Below, in pieces: positions 19,194 through 27,349 of a stretch of 64,000 nucleotides of DNA. A program made the position numbers and the translations under genes. Each line of letters opens with the position of its first letter. Positions within the stretch are counted from its first letter, which is position 1. Source of the stretch: a virus (taxonomy: Duplodnaviria > Caudoviricetes); IMG/VR virus record IMGVR_UViG_3300027969_004220, positions 32,001 to 96,000 of that record. The stretch is one strand, 5' to 3'. Below the pieces are notes generated by a model. That model had not been told where the DNA came from. It did not search any database and was given only the letters and a program-made list of their open reading frames with translations.

Positions 19194-20786
19194 ATGAGTT
19201 TACAAAGACAAATTACTCGAAAATTAGAAAGAGCCATTGCTGATAAAGATTGGACTTCTTTACAAGGTATTCAAAAATACCTAACAAAAATTATTACAAA
19301 ACCAGACAATTTAATTCTTTGCTCTGATGCTTACAAATACTCACACCATAAATTCTATGGTGATGAAATGACCAAAATGGTTTCTTATATGGAATCTCGA
19401 GGTGGTAAATTCTCAGAAACTTTGTTCTATGGTTTACAAATCATTATCAAACAATACTTAGAAGGTATCGCTATTACCAAAGAAGAAGTTGATGAAGCAG
19501 ATGATTACTTAGCATCTAAACTAGGAGTATTCGGTAGAGACGATGTATTCGACCGTTCTAAATTTGATTACATTGTTGATAAATATGATGGTAAATTACC
19601 TATCAGTATTAAAGCAGTTCCAGAGGGAACTGTTGTAAATACAAAGAATGTACTTTTCATCATTGAAAGTTTAGACGAGAAATGTGCTTGGATAACAAAC
19701 TTCTTAGAAAGTATCTTACTTCAAGTTTGGTATCCAATTACTGTTGCCACTCTTTCAAGAGAAGTTAGAAAAATTGTAACCAATTCATTTTTAGATTCTA
19801 CTTCTTATGATGATAAAACAATCAATTTCTTAGTTGATTTTGTTTTAAATGACTTTGGTTTCAGAGGTGTATCTTCTGTACAATCAGCGAAAATTGGTGG
19901 GTCTGCACATCTTGTCAACTTCTTAGGTTCTGACACTGTAATCGCTTCTAAATTGATTAGAGACGTATATAATACTGAACGAATCTACGGATTATCAATT
20001 CCTGCAACCGAACACTCTATTATGACACTTAAAGGCGAAGAAGGAGAGTTAGAACTAATGATGCGAGTTTTAAAAACATTCCCAACTGGATTAGTTGCTT
20101 GTGTATCAGATTCATACAATATCTTTAGAGCTTGTTCTGAATATTGGGGAACTGAGTTAAGAGATTTAGTTCTTTCAAGACCAACAACACCTGGTAATCA
20201 ATTAGTTATTAGACCTGACTCTGGTCACGTTTTAAGAACTTTAAAAGAAATCTTTGATATTCTATTTGATAAGTTTGGTTATACTGTAAATGAAAAAGGT
20301 TATAAAGTTCTTCCACCACAAATTAGAGTAATTCAAGGTGATGGTGTGAATTTAGAATCAATTGGTGAAATCTATATGATGTTAAAATCAGAAGGTATCT
20401 CTCCAGAGAACTTAGCATTGGGTATGGGTGGTAAATTATTACAAGCTGATATAAATCGTGATACAAATAACTTCGCAACCAAAGCATGTTTCGCAATTGT
20501 TGATGGTCAAGAAAGAAATGTAGTTAAATCTCCTACAGAAATGGATGCAGATGGTAACATTACAAAATCTTTCAAAAAATCTAAACAAGGTCGTTTGAAA
20601 CTTGTTAAAAATGATGATGGTACTTACAGAACTGTTACATCAATGGATGCAGACTTTGATACTGTTAAAGATGAGTTAGTTGAAGTATTTAGAATGGGTA
20701 ACATCACAAAAGAGTGGAACTTTGATGAAATTAGACAAAGAGCTGCTGTTTTAGTAGAACAAGAATTAGAAGAATTGATAGCATAA
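19194..20786 (+). CDS. nadV: Nicotinamide phosphoribosyltransferase (NAMPT)
   Basis: SDAYKYSH, DFGFRGVSS, SIPATEHS, VSDSY, VIRPDSG, VIQGDG, KKSKQGRL. Confidence 0.95.
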   Translation: MSLQRQITRKLERAIADKDWTSLQGIQKYLTKIITKPDNLILCSDAYKYSHHKFYGDEMTKMVSYMESRGGKFSETLFYGLQIIIKQYLEGIAITKEEVDEADDYLASKLGVFGRDDVFDRSKFDYIVDKYDGKLPISIKAVPEGTVVNTKNVLFIIESLDEKCAWITNFLESILLQVWYPITVATLSREVRKIVTNSFLDSTSYDDKTINFLVDFVLNDFGFRGVSSVQSAKIGGSAHLVNFLGSDTVIASKLIRDVYNTERIYGLSIPATEHSIMTLKGEEGELELMMRVLKTFPTGLVACVSDSYNIFRACSEYWGTELRDLVLSRPTTPGNQLVIRPDSGHVLRTLKEIFDILFDKFGYTVNEKGYKVLPPQIRVIQGDGVNLESIGEIYMMLKSEGISPENLALGMGGKLLQADINRDTNNFATKACFAIVDGQERNVVKSPTEMDADGNITKSFKKSKQGRLKLVKNDDGTYRTVTSMDADFDTVKDELVEVFRMGNITKEWNFDEIRQRAAVLVEQELEELIA

Positions 20787-21112
20787 TGATTAGAGTTAGT
20801 CTATCAGAACATAGTATTCAACAAGGGTACAAAAGATTACAGATCAATTCTGATGAATTATCTATAATATGTCACAATGCTATTTCAGATGGCATACCTA
20901 AAGAAAAAGTTCGTACATTACTAAGGAATAAAATTAAAAGAGTTACAAATAATACTCTAATAAATGGATGTCAGAACCCATTTATTAGAGTTTATGATAA
21001 AAAAATATTTATATTTAACCATTCTTCTAGTACTAAATATAAAGATTATAAACTAATAACATTCTTTAAAATTGATATGTCGGATAATTTATATTATTCA
21101 ATGATAAAATAA
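20786..21112 (+). CDS. Hypothetical protein
   Basis: 108 aa coupled ORF. Confidence 0.6.
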   Translation: MIRVSLSEHSIQQGYKRLQINSDELSIICHNAISDGIPKEKVRTLLRNKIKRVTNNTLINGCQNPFIRVYDKKIFIFNHSSSTKYKDYKLITFFKIDMSDNLYYSMIK

Positions 21113-21123
21113 ATAAAAATAAT

Positions 21124-21753
21124 ATGGAAGAAAGAAAAACACTTGGATTGTCACCACTTATAATAGTTGAACCAGATCCTACTCTTATAGAATACTACAG
21201 AATTGCAAAACATTTTGAAGTAAGTGATATGCTTGTAAGTAAAACAGAAGATGGTGAGTGGTTATACATTCAAAGTAATTTAGATCAAAATATATTCTTG
21301 TTGAAGAAGTTGGATGATATGGGATTACTTACAGATTCTGGAAAGATATGTGATTGTGGTATTGGATTAGGAACTGCGATTTTTGATATTTATCTTCAAT
21401 CAAAAAAAATTGAAAAGAATTATTCTTTTGTAGGGATAGAGAAACAATCTAAATATGTAAATTATCTTAATGAAAATCTTTTAGATTATTGGAATAATGA
21501 TTTACAAATAGTAGAAGGTGATTTAATGGATCAAAAATATGATGATTATAATATCATATATTGTTACACACCTTTTAGAGATATAGAAAAACTTAAAACT
21601 TTCTATTTAAAAGTAATAGAAGAAATGCAACCAGGTTCTATTCTTATTGAGAATAAAAATTATGGATTGGGAGAAAGAGATATTCTTACTTCTTTATCAG
21701 ATAAATTATCTGAAATAGAGTTAGATGGAATAACAGTATTTAAGAAATTATGA
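21124..21753 (+). CDS. Class I SAM-dependent methyltransferase
   Basis: ICDCGIGLG, VGIEK, IVEGDL, YCYTPF, MQPGSIL. Confidence 0.8.
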   Translation: MEERKTLGLSPLIIVEPDPTLIEYYRIAKHFEVSDMLVSKTEDGEWLYIQSNLDQNIFLLKKLDDMGLLTDSGKICDCGIGLGTAIFDIYLQSKKIEKNYSFVGIEKQSKYVNYLNENLLDYWNNDLQIVEGDLMDQKYDDYNIIYCYTPFRDIEKLKTFYLKVIEEMQPGSILIENKNYGLGERDILTSLSDKLSEIELDGITVFKKL

Positions 21754-22082
21754 GTAAATGTAAAGTAGTACATTTTAGAAAAGCACCTTATGATATAATG
21801 ATAGATAGGACAACCAAATGGGGTTGTCCTTTCTCTCATATAAGAGATAGAAAAACAAAAGCTAAGTTCCTTGTAAACTCAAGGAAAGAAGCTATTGAAG
21901 CTTATAAAGAATGGATTACAAATGGAGAAGGTAAACATTTATTGAATGATCTACACGAGTTAAAAGGTAAAACATTAGGCTGTTGGTGTAAAGATGTTGA
22001 TGGTAAAGGAAAATCTTGTCACGGTGACGTACTAGTTGAATTAGTAAATGATATGTTTAGAACAGATGGGTTTACTATTTAG
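21750..22082 (+). CDS. DUF4326 protein
   Basis: IDRTTKWGCPF...ELKGKTLGCWC...CHGDVL. Confidence 0.85.
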   Translation: MSKCKVVHFRKAPYDIMIDRTTKWGCPFSHIRDRKTKAKFLVNSRKEAIEAYKEWITNGEGKHLLNDLHELKGKTLGCWCKDVDGKGKSCHGDVLVELVNDMFRTDGFTI

Positions 22083-22551
22083 GTAAACCAACAACAAAAC
22101 TAATTGATCTCAATTTTTTACCTTCAAGAAGAGCACCATCAAGTAATTCTTTAGTTTTAAATCTACTATTAGTTCCAGTGGCAAATTCTAAACCGAAACA
22201 GTATTTAATAGTAGATCTAGGATCTATCTTCAAAAGGTTATAATTATCTATTAGATATTTTACAAATGGTATAAATCTATCTGATACTTCCTCCCATAAA
22301 AATATTCCAAAGATAGGATTTATATCAGTTTTATAAAAACTTACTCTAAAATAATTTGTTTGATAACCTAATTCCGGATAATCTTTATTACCAACAGATG
22401 GCCATGAATCACTGGCATTATGTTCTCGTATCTCTATTTCAAAACCTTCATCTAAAAGGTAAGCTAAATACATTTCACAGAAGTCTTGTAATTCCTCTTT
22501 TTGTAGTTTAAGTTCTTCTCGACTTTCGTTAAATCTTTTTAAATGTTTCAT
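22075..22551 (-). CDS. MKHLKRFNES-family paralog 4 (putative internal head protein)
   Basis: MKHLKRFNES, FCEMYLAYLLDEGF, WEEVSDRFIPF. Confidence 0.75.
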   Translation of the reverse strand: MKHLKRFNESREELKLQKEELQDFCEMYLAYLLDEGFEIEIREHNASDSWPSVGNKDYPELGYQTNYFRVSFYKTDINPIFGIFLWEEVSDRFIPFVKYLIDNYNLLKIDPRSTIKYCFGLEFATGTNSRFKTKELLDGALLEGKKLRSISFVVGLPK

Positions 22552-22554
22552 AAT

Positions 22555-22992
22555 TTATTTAATAGTAACCATAAAGTATACCTCTCTTAATTGTTTTGTA
22601 TCCAAAGCATTATGTCTTTCTTCAAGAAGTCCTTTAGTTTGATACATTATACTATGCCATCTATAATCTACAAATTTTATATCTGTCTTTCTGTGGTAAG
22701 GTACAGTTGAACTTGGATCTACTTTTTCTAAGTTATAATTATCTTTTAGAAATTTAAGAAATGGTAAAAAGTGATTTATTATATCTTGCCATAAAAAAAT
22801 AGATTTATCTTGTTTTACTAAAGAAACTTGAAAAGGTGTTACACCCGCCGCTAGTTCAGCTCCTCCATAAATCTTCAACTCAAATCCTTCATCTAAAAGA
22901 TAAGCTAAATATGTTTCACAGAAATCACGTAACTCTTCTCTCTGTAAAGTAAGTTCTTCTTGACTTTCATTAAATCTTTTTAAATATCTCAT
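22555..22992 (-). CDS. MKHLKRFNES-family paralog 3
   Basis: MRYLKRFNES, FCETYLAYLLDEGF, WQDIINHFLPF. Confidence 0.75.
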   Translation of the reverse strand: MRYLKRFNESQEELTLQREELRDFCETYLAYLLDEGFELKIYGGAELAAGVTPFQVSLVKQDKSIFLWQDIINHFLPFLKFLKDNYNLEKVDPSSTVPYHRKTDIKFVDYRWHSIMYQTKGLLEERHNALDTKQLREVYFMVTIK

Positions 22993-23483
22993 AAACTATC
23001 ATCGTTTATTTTAAATGTTATTCTAGAAAGATCCCAATATATATTAACATTATCTAAAGTACTAATATACTCAGATTTTAAATCCATACCATTTGATGAA
23101 GTGAAATTTATATAATTAGTAGCTAATTTATAACTCTTTTGTATTCTTAATATAAATGGTATATAATGATCTTTTATATCATCCCACTTAAAATAAGAAG
23201 TATGAACACCGTTTTGATTTGTAGTTAAACTTTTTCTAAGAATAATATAGTAACCTCCACTACGTGGTTGTATATCAATAAAAAATCCTTCATCTATTAG
23301 ATAAGCTAGATTCATTTCACAATAATCTTTTAACATTGCGGTATCATACTCAGCTTTTACCATTTTATATTGTTTATCATCAACAGGTATCATATCTAAA
23401 TTCTCTTCTGTCCAAGCCAATACTTCTGGGTCAAAATCTAAGGATTCATTAAACTTTTTTAAATGTCTCATACCATTACTCAT
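22989..23483 (-). CDS. MKHLKRFNES-family paralog 2
   Basis: MRHLKKFNES, YCEMNLAYLIDEGF, WDDIKDHYIPF. Confidence 0.75.
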   Translation of the reverse strand: MSNGMRHLKKFNESLDFDPEVLAWTEENLDMIPVDDKQYKMVKAEYDTAMLKDYCEMNLAYLIDEGFFIDIQPRSGGYYIILRKSLTTNQNGVHTSYFKWDDIKDHYIPFILRIQKSYKLATNYINFTSSNGMDLKSEYISTLDNVNIYWDLSRITFKINDDSL

Positions 23484-23937
23484 CTTTTATATAAACATTT
23501 ATTTGCCATATATTATAAAGTTCAAGATTATCTAAGTCTTTAATATTCACAATTTTATAATACGGTAAATAACCCTTCTCTTTCTTGTGAGGTACTTGAT
23601 AAATAATCTCTACAGATTGATAATCAAAAAAATTATTAGTTTCTTTAGAATAACCTATTATTTTAGATTTATTATTTAAGTGTGTTAAAAATGGTATATA
23701 ATGATCCTCTATATCCTTCCAATCAAAACCTGGTGAACCCCAGGCCCCCTTGTGTATAGAGTCAGTCACTAGGCTTATTTTATAAACCCAGTAATCTTCA
23801 CCATCTTTTATTCCACACACACTATCTACTTTAAGACTGAATTGTGGATCATCAAGCAGATAAGCTAAATTTACTTCACAAAACTCTTTTAACTGGTCTT
23901 CACCTAAACTTTCATTAAATCTTTTTAAATGTCTCAT
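23476..23937 (-). CDS. MKHLKRFNES-family paralog 1
   Basis: MRHLKRFNES, FCEVNLAYLLDD, WKDIEDHYIPF. Confidence 0.75.
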   Translation of the reverse strand: MRHLKRFNESLGEDQLKEFCEVNLAYLLDDPQFSLKVDSVCGIKDGEDYWVYKISLVTDSIHKGAWGSPGFDWKDIEDHYIPFLTHLNNKSKIIGYSKETNNFFDYQSVEIIYQVPHKKEKGYLPYYKIVNIKDLDNLELYNIWQINVYIKDE

Positions 23938-23993
23938 AATCTATATATAAAAACATTTGACTAATAAAATCATATAATAAGAAAAAACTTTTT

Positions 23994-24647
23994 ATGGAAT
24001 TATTCATGTTTGATATAGAAACGGCCGGACAATATAAAGACTTTACAGAATTTGAAAAAAATGATGAACGTGGTTCAAACCTTTTTAAAGGCAAATACCA
24101 AAAAATGGGTTGGGAAGAAAAATACGGAAACATATACGAAGCTTATTTAGATAATGCAGGTATTGTACCAACTTATGGTAGAATAGTTTGTATCTCATTT
24201 GGTTACTTAGATAACGGTCAAGAAAGAATCTCAAGTTTCTACGGAGACGATGAAAAAGAAATTGTAGAGAAATTTAATAACCTACTTAAAAAGATTGAGA
24301 AGAAAGATTTTAATTTATCTGGATTTAGAATAGCTTATTTTGATATTCCTTGGGTAGCTCATAAGTTAGCTAAGTATGGTATTAAACCAGCTGATATAAT
24401 TACCACTTATAATAAGAAACCTTGGGAAATGAGAATCACTGATATGTCTGATGATTGGAAGTCAAAATTTGCTTGGGCATTCTCATTTGATGAGATGTGT
24501 TATGAGTTGGGAATTGAATCTCCAAAGGATAATATGAATGGTGGAGACGTACATGATGCTTACTGGGAAGGTAGAGTTGAAGAGGTAAAAATCTACTGTG
24601 AGAAAGACGTAAAAGCCTCAATTAAAGTATCTCAGGTTATTTATTAA
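23994..24647 (+). CDS. PolB-related DEDD 3'-5' exonuclease
   Basis: FDIET, GRIVCIS, FDIP, YCEKDV. Confidence 0.85.
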   Translation: MELFMFDIETAGQYKDFTEFEKNDERGSNLFKGKYQKMGWEEKYGNIYEAYLDNAGIVPTYGRIVCISFGYLDNGQERISSFYGDDEKEIVEKFNNLLKKIEKKDFNLSGFRIAYFDIPWVAHKLAKYGIKPADIITTYNKKPWEMRITDMSDDWKSKFAWAFSFDEMCYELGIESPKDNMNGGDVHDAYWEGRVEEVKIYCEKDVKASIKVSQVIY

Positions 24648-24697
24648 AAAACTTCAAAAATAAGGTTTTTTGATATATTTTTATGATATATAGTTTT

Positions 24698-25030
24698 ATG
24701 GAAAACCTCACTATCACGTACATAAAGACACATGGACAAACTTTGGAAATGTGGTCCGCAATAGATACAAAAAACAACCTTTCGGTAGGTCATATTTGTA
24801 TGAATGTAGAGAAAGACAACAGGATAAAATTCCTAGATGCTTGGGTTCATGATGATTATCGCAGAAGAGGAATTTATAGACTTCTATGGGAAACCAGATG
24901 GAAATATGTAAATGAAGAATATAAAGGTTATACTATATATGCTTGGTGTAAAGAAACATCATTACCATTACTTTTAGAGAAGGAATTCACTCCAGGTGAA
25001 ATAGTTACCTATGTTGAGAAAAAAATTTAA
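24698..25030 (+). CDS. GNAT family acetyltransferase
   Basis: WVHDDYRRRGIYRLL acetyl-CoA binding motif. Confidence 0.8.
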   Translation: MENLTITYIKTHGQTLEMWSAIDTKNNLSVGHICMNVEKDNRIKFLDAWVHDDYRRRGIYRLLWETRWKYVNEEYKGYTIYAWCKETSLPLLLEKEFTPGEIVTYVEKKI

Positions 25031-25059
25031 ACTTTTTATAAAATAAAAATATAAGTTGC

Positions 25060-25245
25060 ATGATGAGACCCTTAAAATCAGTAGCTAAGTACTACTCAAA
25101 AGGATTTTTTTTAGCATACGGTTTATTAGCAGTAATAAATCTACCAGAGTTTAACTTCTCTACATTAGCGGAACAGTCACTTATTTTTGGTATAGGTATG
25201 GCACTTCTAATTCATGCATTTGAAGACTTCTATAAAACAAAATAA
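25060..25245 (+). CDS. Small membrane protein
   Basis: Two hydrophobic segments. Confidence 0.55.
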   Translation: MMRPLKSVAKYYSKGFFLAYGLLAVINLPEFNFSTLAEQSLIFGIGMALLIHAFEDFYKTK

Positions 25246-25248
25246 ATT

Positions 25249-25428
25249 ATGGCAAATAAAGACAGAAACTTTATAATTAGAATCTCTGAAAAACTATTAG
25301 AAGATTTTCAAGAGTTCTGTGATGATAATTCAATGAATGCTTCTAAAAGAATTAGAAAGTATATTGAGAATGATGTAGAAGCTTGGAAGAAAAGAAAATT
25401 ACAACAACAACAAAATAATCAAAAATAA
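25249..25428 (+). CDS. Ribbon-helix-helix-like DNA-binding protein (not in ORF track)
   Basis: MANKDRNFIIRISEKLLEDFQEFCDDNSMNASKRIRKYIE..., 59 aa. Confidence 0.65.
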   Translation: MANKDRNFIIRISEKLLEDFQEFCDDNSMNASKRIRKYIENDVEAWKKRKLQQQQNNQK

Positions 25429-25537
25429 ATTAGGTACTACAAAATTTATTCGTATCTTTGTCATCTAATAAAAATAAAGATATGTTTATACTAGTCGGGT
25501 ACCTTATTTGGGGCAATAAAGAATAAAAACAAAAAAA

Positions 25538-25621
25538 TTAGGTAGATAAGTAAACTTTTATTACTTTTGTACTATAAAAATAACAAATAAACAAAAAGAG
25601 AGAATAAACTTTTAATATATA
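25538..25621 (+). promoter_or_regulatory. Conserved dual-promoter module of attenuated array 2
   Basis: TTAG-N20-TACTTTTG, then AAACAAAAAG and TAATATATA; near-identical modules at 26717 and 35441. Confidence 0.75.
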
Positions 25622-25626
25622 CAATA

Positions 25627-25731
25627 ATGAAAACAACTAATCTAAATATTAACTTAACGCTGAATGTCTTATGTCTAAGACAAAGACCGGGTTTTGCCTT
25701 ATTTAGAGCAACTGATTTTGATGGTGTGTAA
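25627..25731 (+). CDS. Attenuator leader peptide 2 (Leu/Arg sensor)
   Basis: MKTTNLNINLTLNVLCLRQRPGFALFRATDFDGV*; six Leu codons (CTA, TTA, CTG) and three AGA. Confidence 0.75.
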   Translation: MKTTNLNINLTLNVLCLRQRPGFALFRATDFDGV

Positions 25732-25759
25732 TCATTAAATTCAAACTAAATATACAAAC

Positions 25760-25792
25760 AAAACCCGAAATTTAAAAGTTTCGGGTTTTTTT
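25760..25792 (+). terminator. Attenuator terminator 2
   Basis: AAAACCCGAAA/TTTCGGGTTTT plus T-run; leader CGGGTTTTG (25688-25696) is complementary to CAAAACCCG (25759-25767). Confidence 0.85.
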
Positions 25793-25811
25793 GTGGAAAA
25801 AAATAAATAAT

Positions 25812-25885
25812 GGCCCCGTAGCTCAGCTGGATAGAGCAACTCACTTCTAATGAGTAGGTCACAGGTTCGAATCCTGTCGGGGTCA
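25812..25885 (+). tRNA. tRNA-Arg(TCT)
   Basis: ACTCA-CTTCTAA-TGAGT. Confidence 0.95.
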
Positions 25886-25900
25886 CAAAAATAATCACCT

Positions 25901-25970
25901 GTCGGGGTGGTGGAATGGTAGACACGCAGCACTTAAAATGCTGTGCTCCAGAAGAGTCCCTTTCCCGATA
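25901..25970 (+). pseudogene. tRNA-Leu(TAA) lacking the 5' half of the T-arm
   Basis: D and anticodon arms intact (CAGCA-CTTAAAA-TGCTG); no GGTTCGA. Confidence 0.65.
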
Positions 25971-25978
25971 CAAAAAAT

Positions 25979-26065
25979 GCGTCTGTGGTGAAATTGGTAG
26001 TACACGCTGGGTTTAAGCCCCAGTGGTCAGGAATGATCGTGAGGGTTCGACTCCCTCCAGACGTA
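25979..26065 (+). tRNA. tRNA-Leu(TAA)
   Basis: CTGGG-TTTAAGC-CCCAG, long variable arm. Confidence 0.92.
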
Positions 26066-26074
26066 CAAAAATAT

Positions 26075-26155
26075 GCCTCAGTAGTCCCAGTTGTCTTCTA
26101 AACAACTACGGGTAATTGGAAACTGAAAATGTAGGTTCGAATCCTATCTGGGGTA
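26075..26155 (+). tRNA. Atypical tRNA-Arg(TCT): no D-arm, D-loop-like insert 3' of the anticodon arm
   Basis: GCCTCAG/CTGGGGT, GTTGT-CTTCTAA-ACAAC, GTAGG-TTCGAAT-CCTAT. Confidence 0.6.
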
Positions 26156-26166
26156 CTAATACACAA

Positions 26167-26249
26167 GCCGAGGTGGTGGAATGGTAGACACGCTGGTCTA
26201 AGAAGCCAGTGTCCGAAAGGACGTGCGGGTTCGAGTCCCGCTCTCGGTA
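26167..26249 (+). tRNA. tRNA-Leu(AAG)
   Basis: CTGGT-CTAAGAA-GCCAG, long variable arm. Confidence 0.88.
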
Positions 26250-26251
26250 CA

Positions 26252-26518
26252 ATGAAAGAAATAAATTATATACAGTACACATCATATACATTATTATCAA
26301 GTGGTGGTGTATTTAAGGTAAATTCAGCAATGCCTTTACCGAATTTAGATAAACACTTGAATGAGAGTATAAACTTAATTATGTTTGTAGTTCATAATAT
26401 AAAGTGTAATGATAAAGAAGTAATGTTTTATAATAGAGATCTATTTAGATTGACATATGGATCAAAAGAATGTTCTGAAATGATTATGAAAATGAAACAT
26501 TCACATATATTAGAATAA
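26252..26518 (+). CDS. Hypothetical protein inside tRNA array 2
   Basis: 88 aa, exactly fills the gap between two tRNA-Leu genes. Confidence 0.5.
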   Translation: MKEINYIQYTSYTLLSSGGVFKVNSAMPLPNLDKHLNESINLIMFVVHNIKCNDKEVMFYNRDLFRLTYGSKECSEMIMKMKHSHILE

Positions 26519-26519
26519 T

Positions 26520-26601
26520 GTCGGAGTGATGAAATGGTAGACGTGCTTGGCTCAAGACCGAGTGTCCAAAAGACGTGTGGGTTCGAATCCCACCTTCGAT
26601 A
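26520..26601 (+). tRNA. tRNA-Leu(CAA)
   Basis: CTTGG-CTCAAGA-CCGAG. Confidence 0.92.
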
Positions 26602-26609
26602 CAAAATAT

Positions 26610-26696
26610 ACCCCTATGAGCAAATAGGCAAAGCTTGCTGGCTTAGACCCAGTGGAAAACAATGATACATTCTCGGTTCGAGTCCGAGTAGGGGTA
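26610..26696 (+). tRNA. tRNA-Leu(TAG)
   Basis: GCTGG-CTTAGAC-CCAGT. Confidence 0.88.
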
Positions 26697-26716
26697 CAAA
26701 GAAAAATTAAAAAAGA

Positions 26717-26797
26717 TTAGGTAGATTAAAAAACTAATAGTATATTTGTACTATAAATAAAGATAAACAAAAAGGGACAATAAAAATTTAATATATA
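26717..26797 (+). promoter_or_regulatory. Conserved dual-promoter module of attenuated array 3
   Basis: TTAG-N20-TATATTTG ... AAACAAAAAG ... TAATATATA. Confidence 0.75.
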
Positions 26798-26802
26798 ATA
26801 TA

Positions 26803-26892
26803 ATGAAAACAAATACTGTAAATATTAATGTGATTACGATTACGAATTGTGTGAATAGCACGACTTCGGGTAATGAGATATGTATGGTATAA
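26803..26892 (+). CDS. Attenuator leader peptide 3 (Asn/Ile/Val/Cys/Thr sensor)
   Basis: MKTNTVNINVITITNCVNSTTSGNEICMV*; codons 3-18 are all T/N/V/I/C. Confidence 0.8.
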   Translation: MKTNTVNINVITITNCVNSTTSGNEICMV

Positions 26893-26919
26893 AGTTAAAG
26901 TATATTATAATAAATTCAT

Positions 26920-26951
26920 AAAAACCCGAACTCAAAAAGTTTGGGTTTTTT
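26920..26951 (+). terminator. Attenuator terminator 3
   Basis: AAAAACCCGAACT/AGTTTGGGTTTTT; leader TTCGGGT (26865-26871) is complementary to ACCCGAA (26924-26930). Confidence 0.85.
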
Positions 26952-26970
26952 CATGTCAAAAAATAAATAT

Positions 26971-27041
26971 TCTTCTATAGTGAAATGGTATCACGTCTGA
27001 CTGTTAATCAGTTATTCCAGGTTCGAGCCCTGGTGGAAGAG
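26971..27041 (+). tRNA. tRNA-Asn(GTT)
   Basis: CTGA-CTGTTAA-TCAG. Confidence 0.9.
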
Positions 27042-27047
27042 CAAAAT

Positions 27048-27135
27048 TACTGGGTTGCCATAGCCAGGTCGAATGGTTCGGACTGTTAATCCGATGAGCA
27101 TCGCTCCACCGTGGGTTCGAATCCCACCCCAGTAG
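27048..27135 (+). tRNA. tRNA-Asn(GTT) with long variable arm
   Basis: TCGGA-CTGTTAA-TCCGA, variable stem GAGC/GCTC. Confidence 0.8.
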
Positions 27136-27144
27136 CAAATATAT

Positions 27145-27225
27145 TGGCAAATACCAGCCCAACCTGATAAGTTGGAGAACTGTAGTGGTAAGTTGAAAAC
27201 GTGGGTTCGAATCCCACTTTGCCAA
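27145..27225 (+). tRNA. Atypical tRNA-Ile(GAT): no D-arm, D-arm-like hairpin 3' of the anticodon arm
   Basis: TGGCAAA/TTTGCCA, CCAAC-CTGATAA-GTTGG, AACT-GTAGTGGTA-AGTT, GTGGG-TTCGAAT-CCCAC. Confidence 0.6.
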
Positions 27226-27349
27226 CAAAAAAAATAAAATAATAATTATGAAAATGAAAGAGAATTTATTAAATAGTTCGGTTAGTAGTTAAAAAAAGTG
27301 ATAAAAGTGAGTTATAATTTTTTATATATACAATAAATAAAAAACTATA

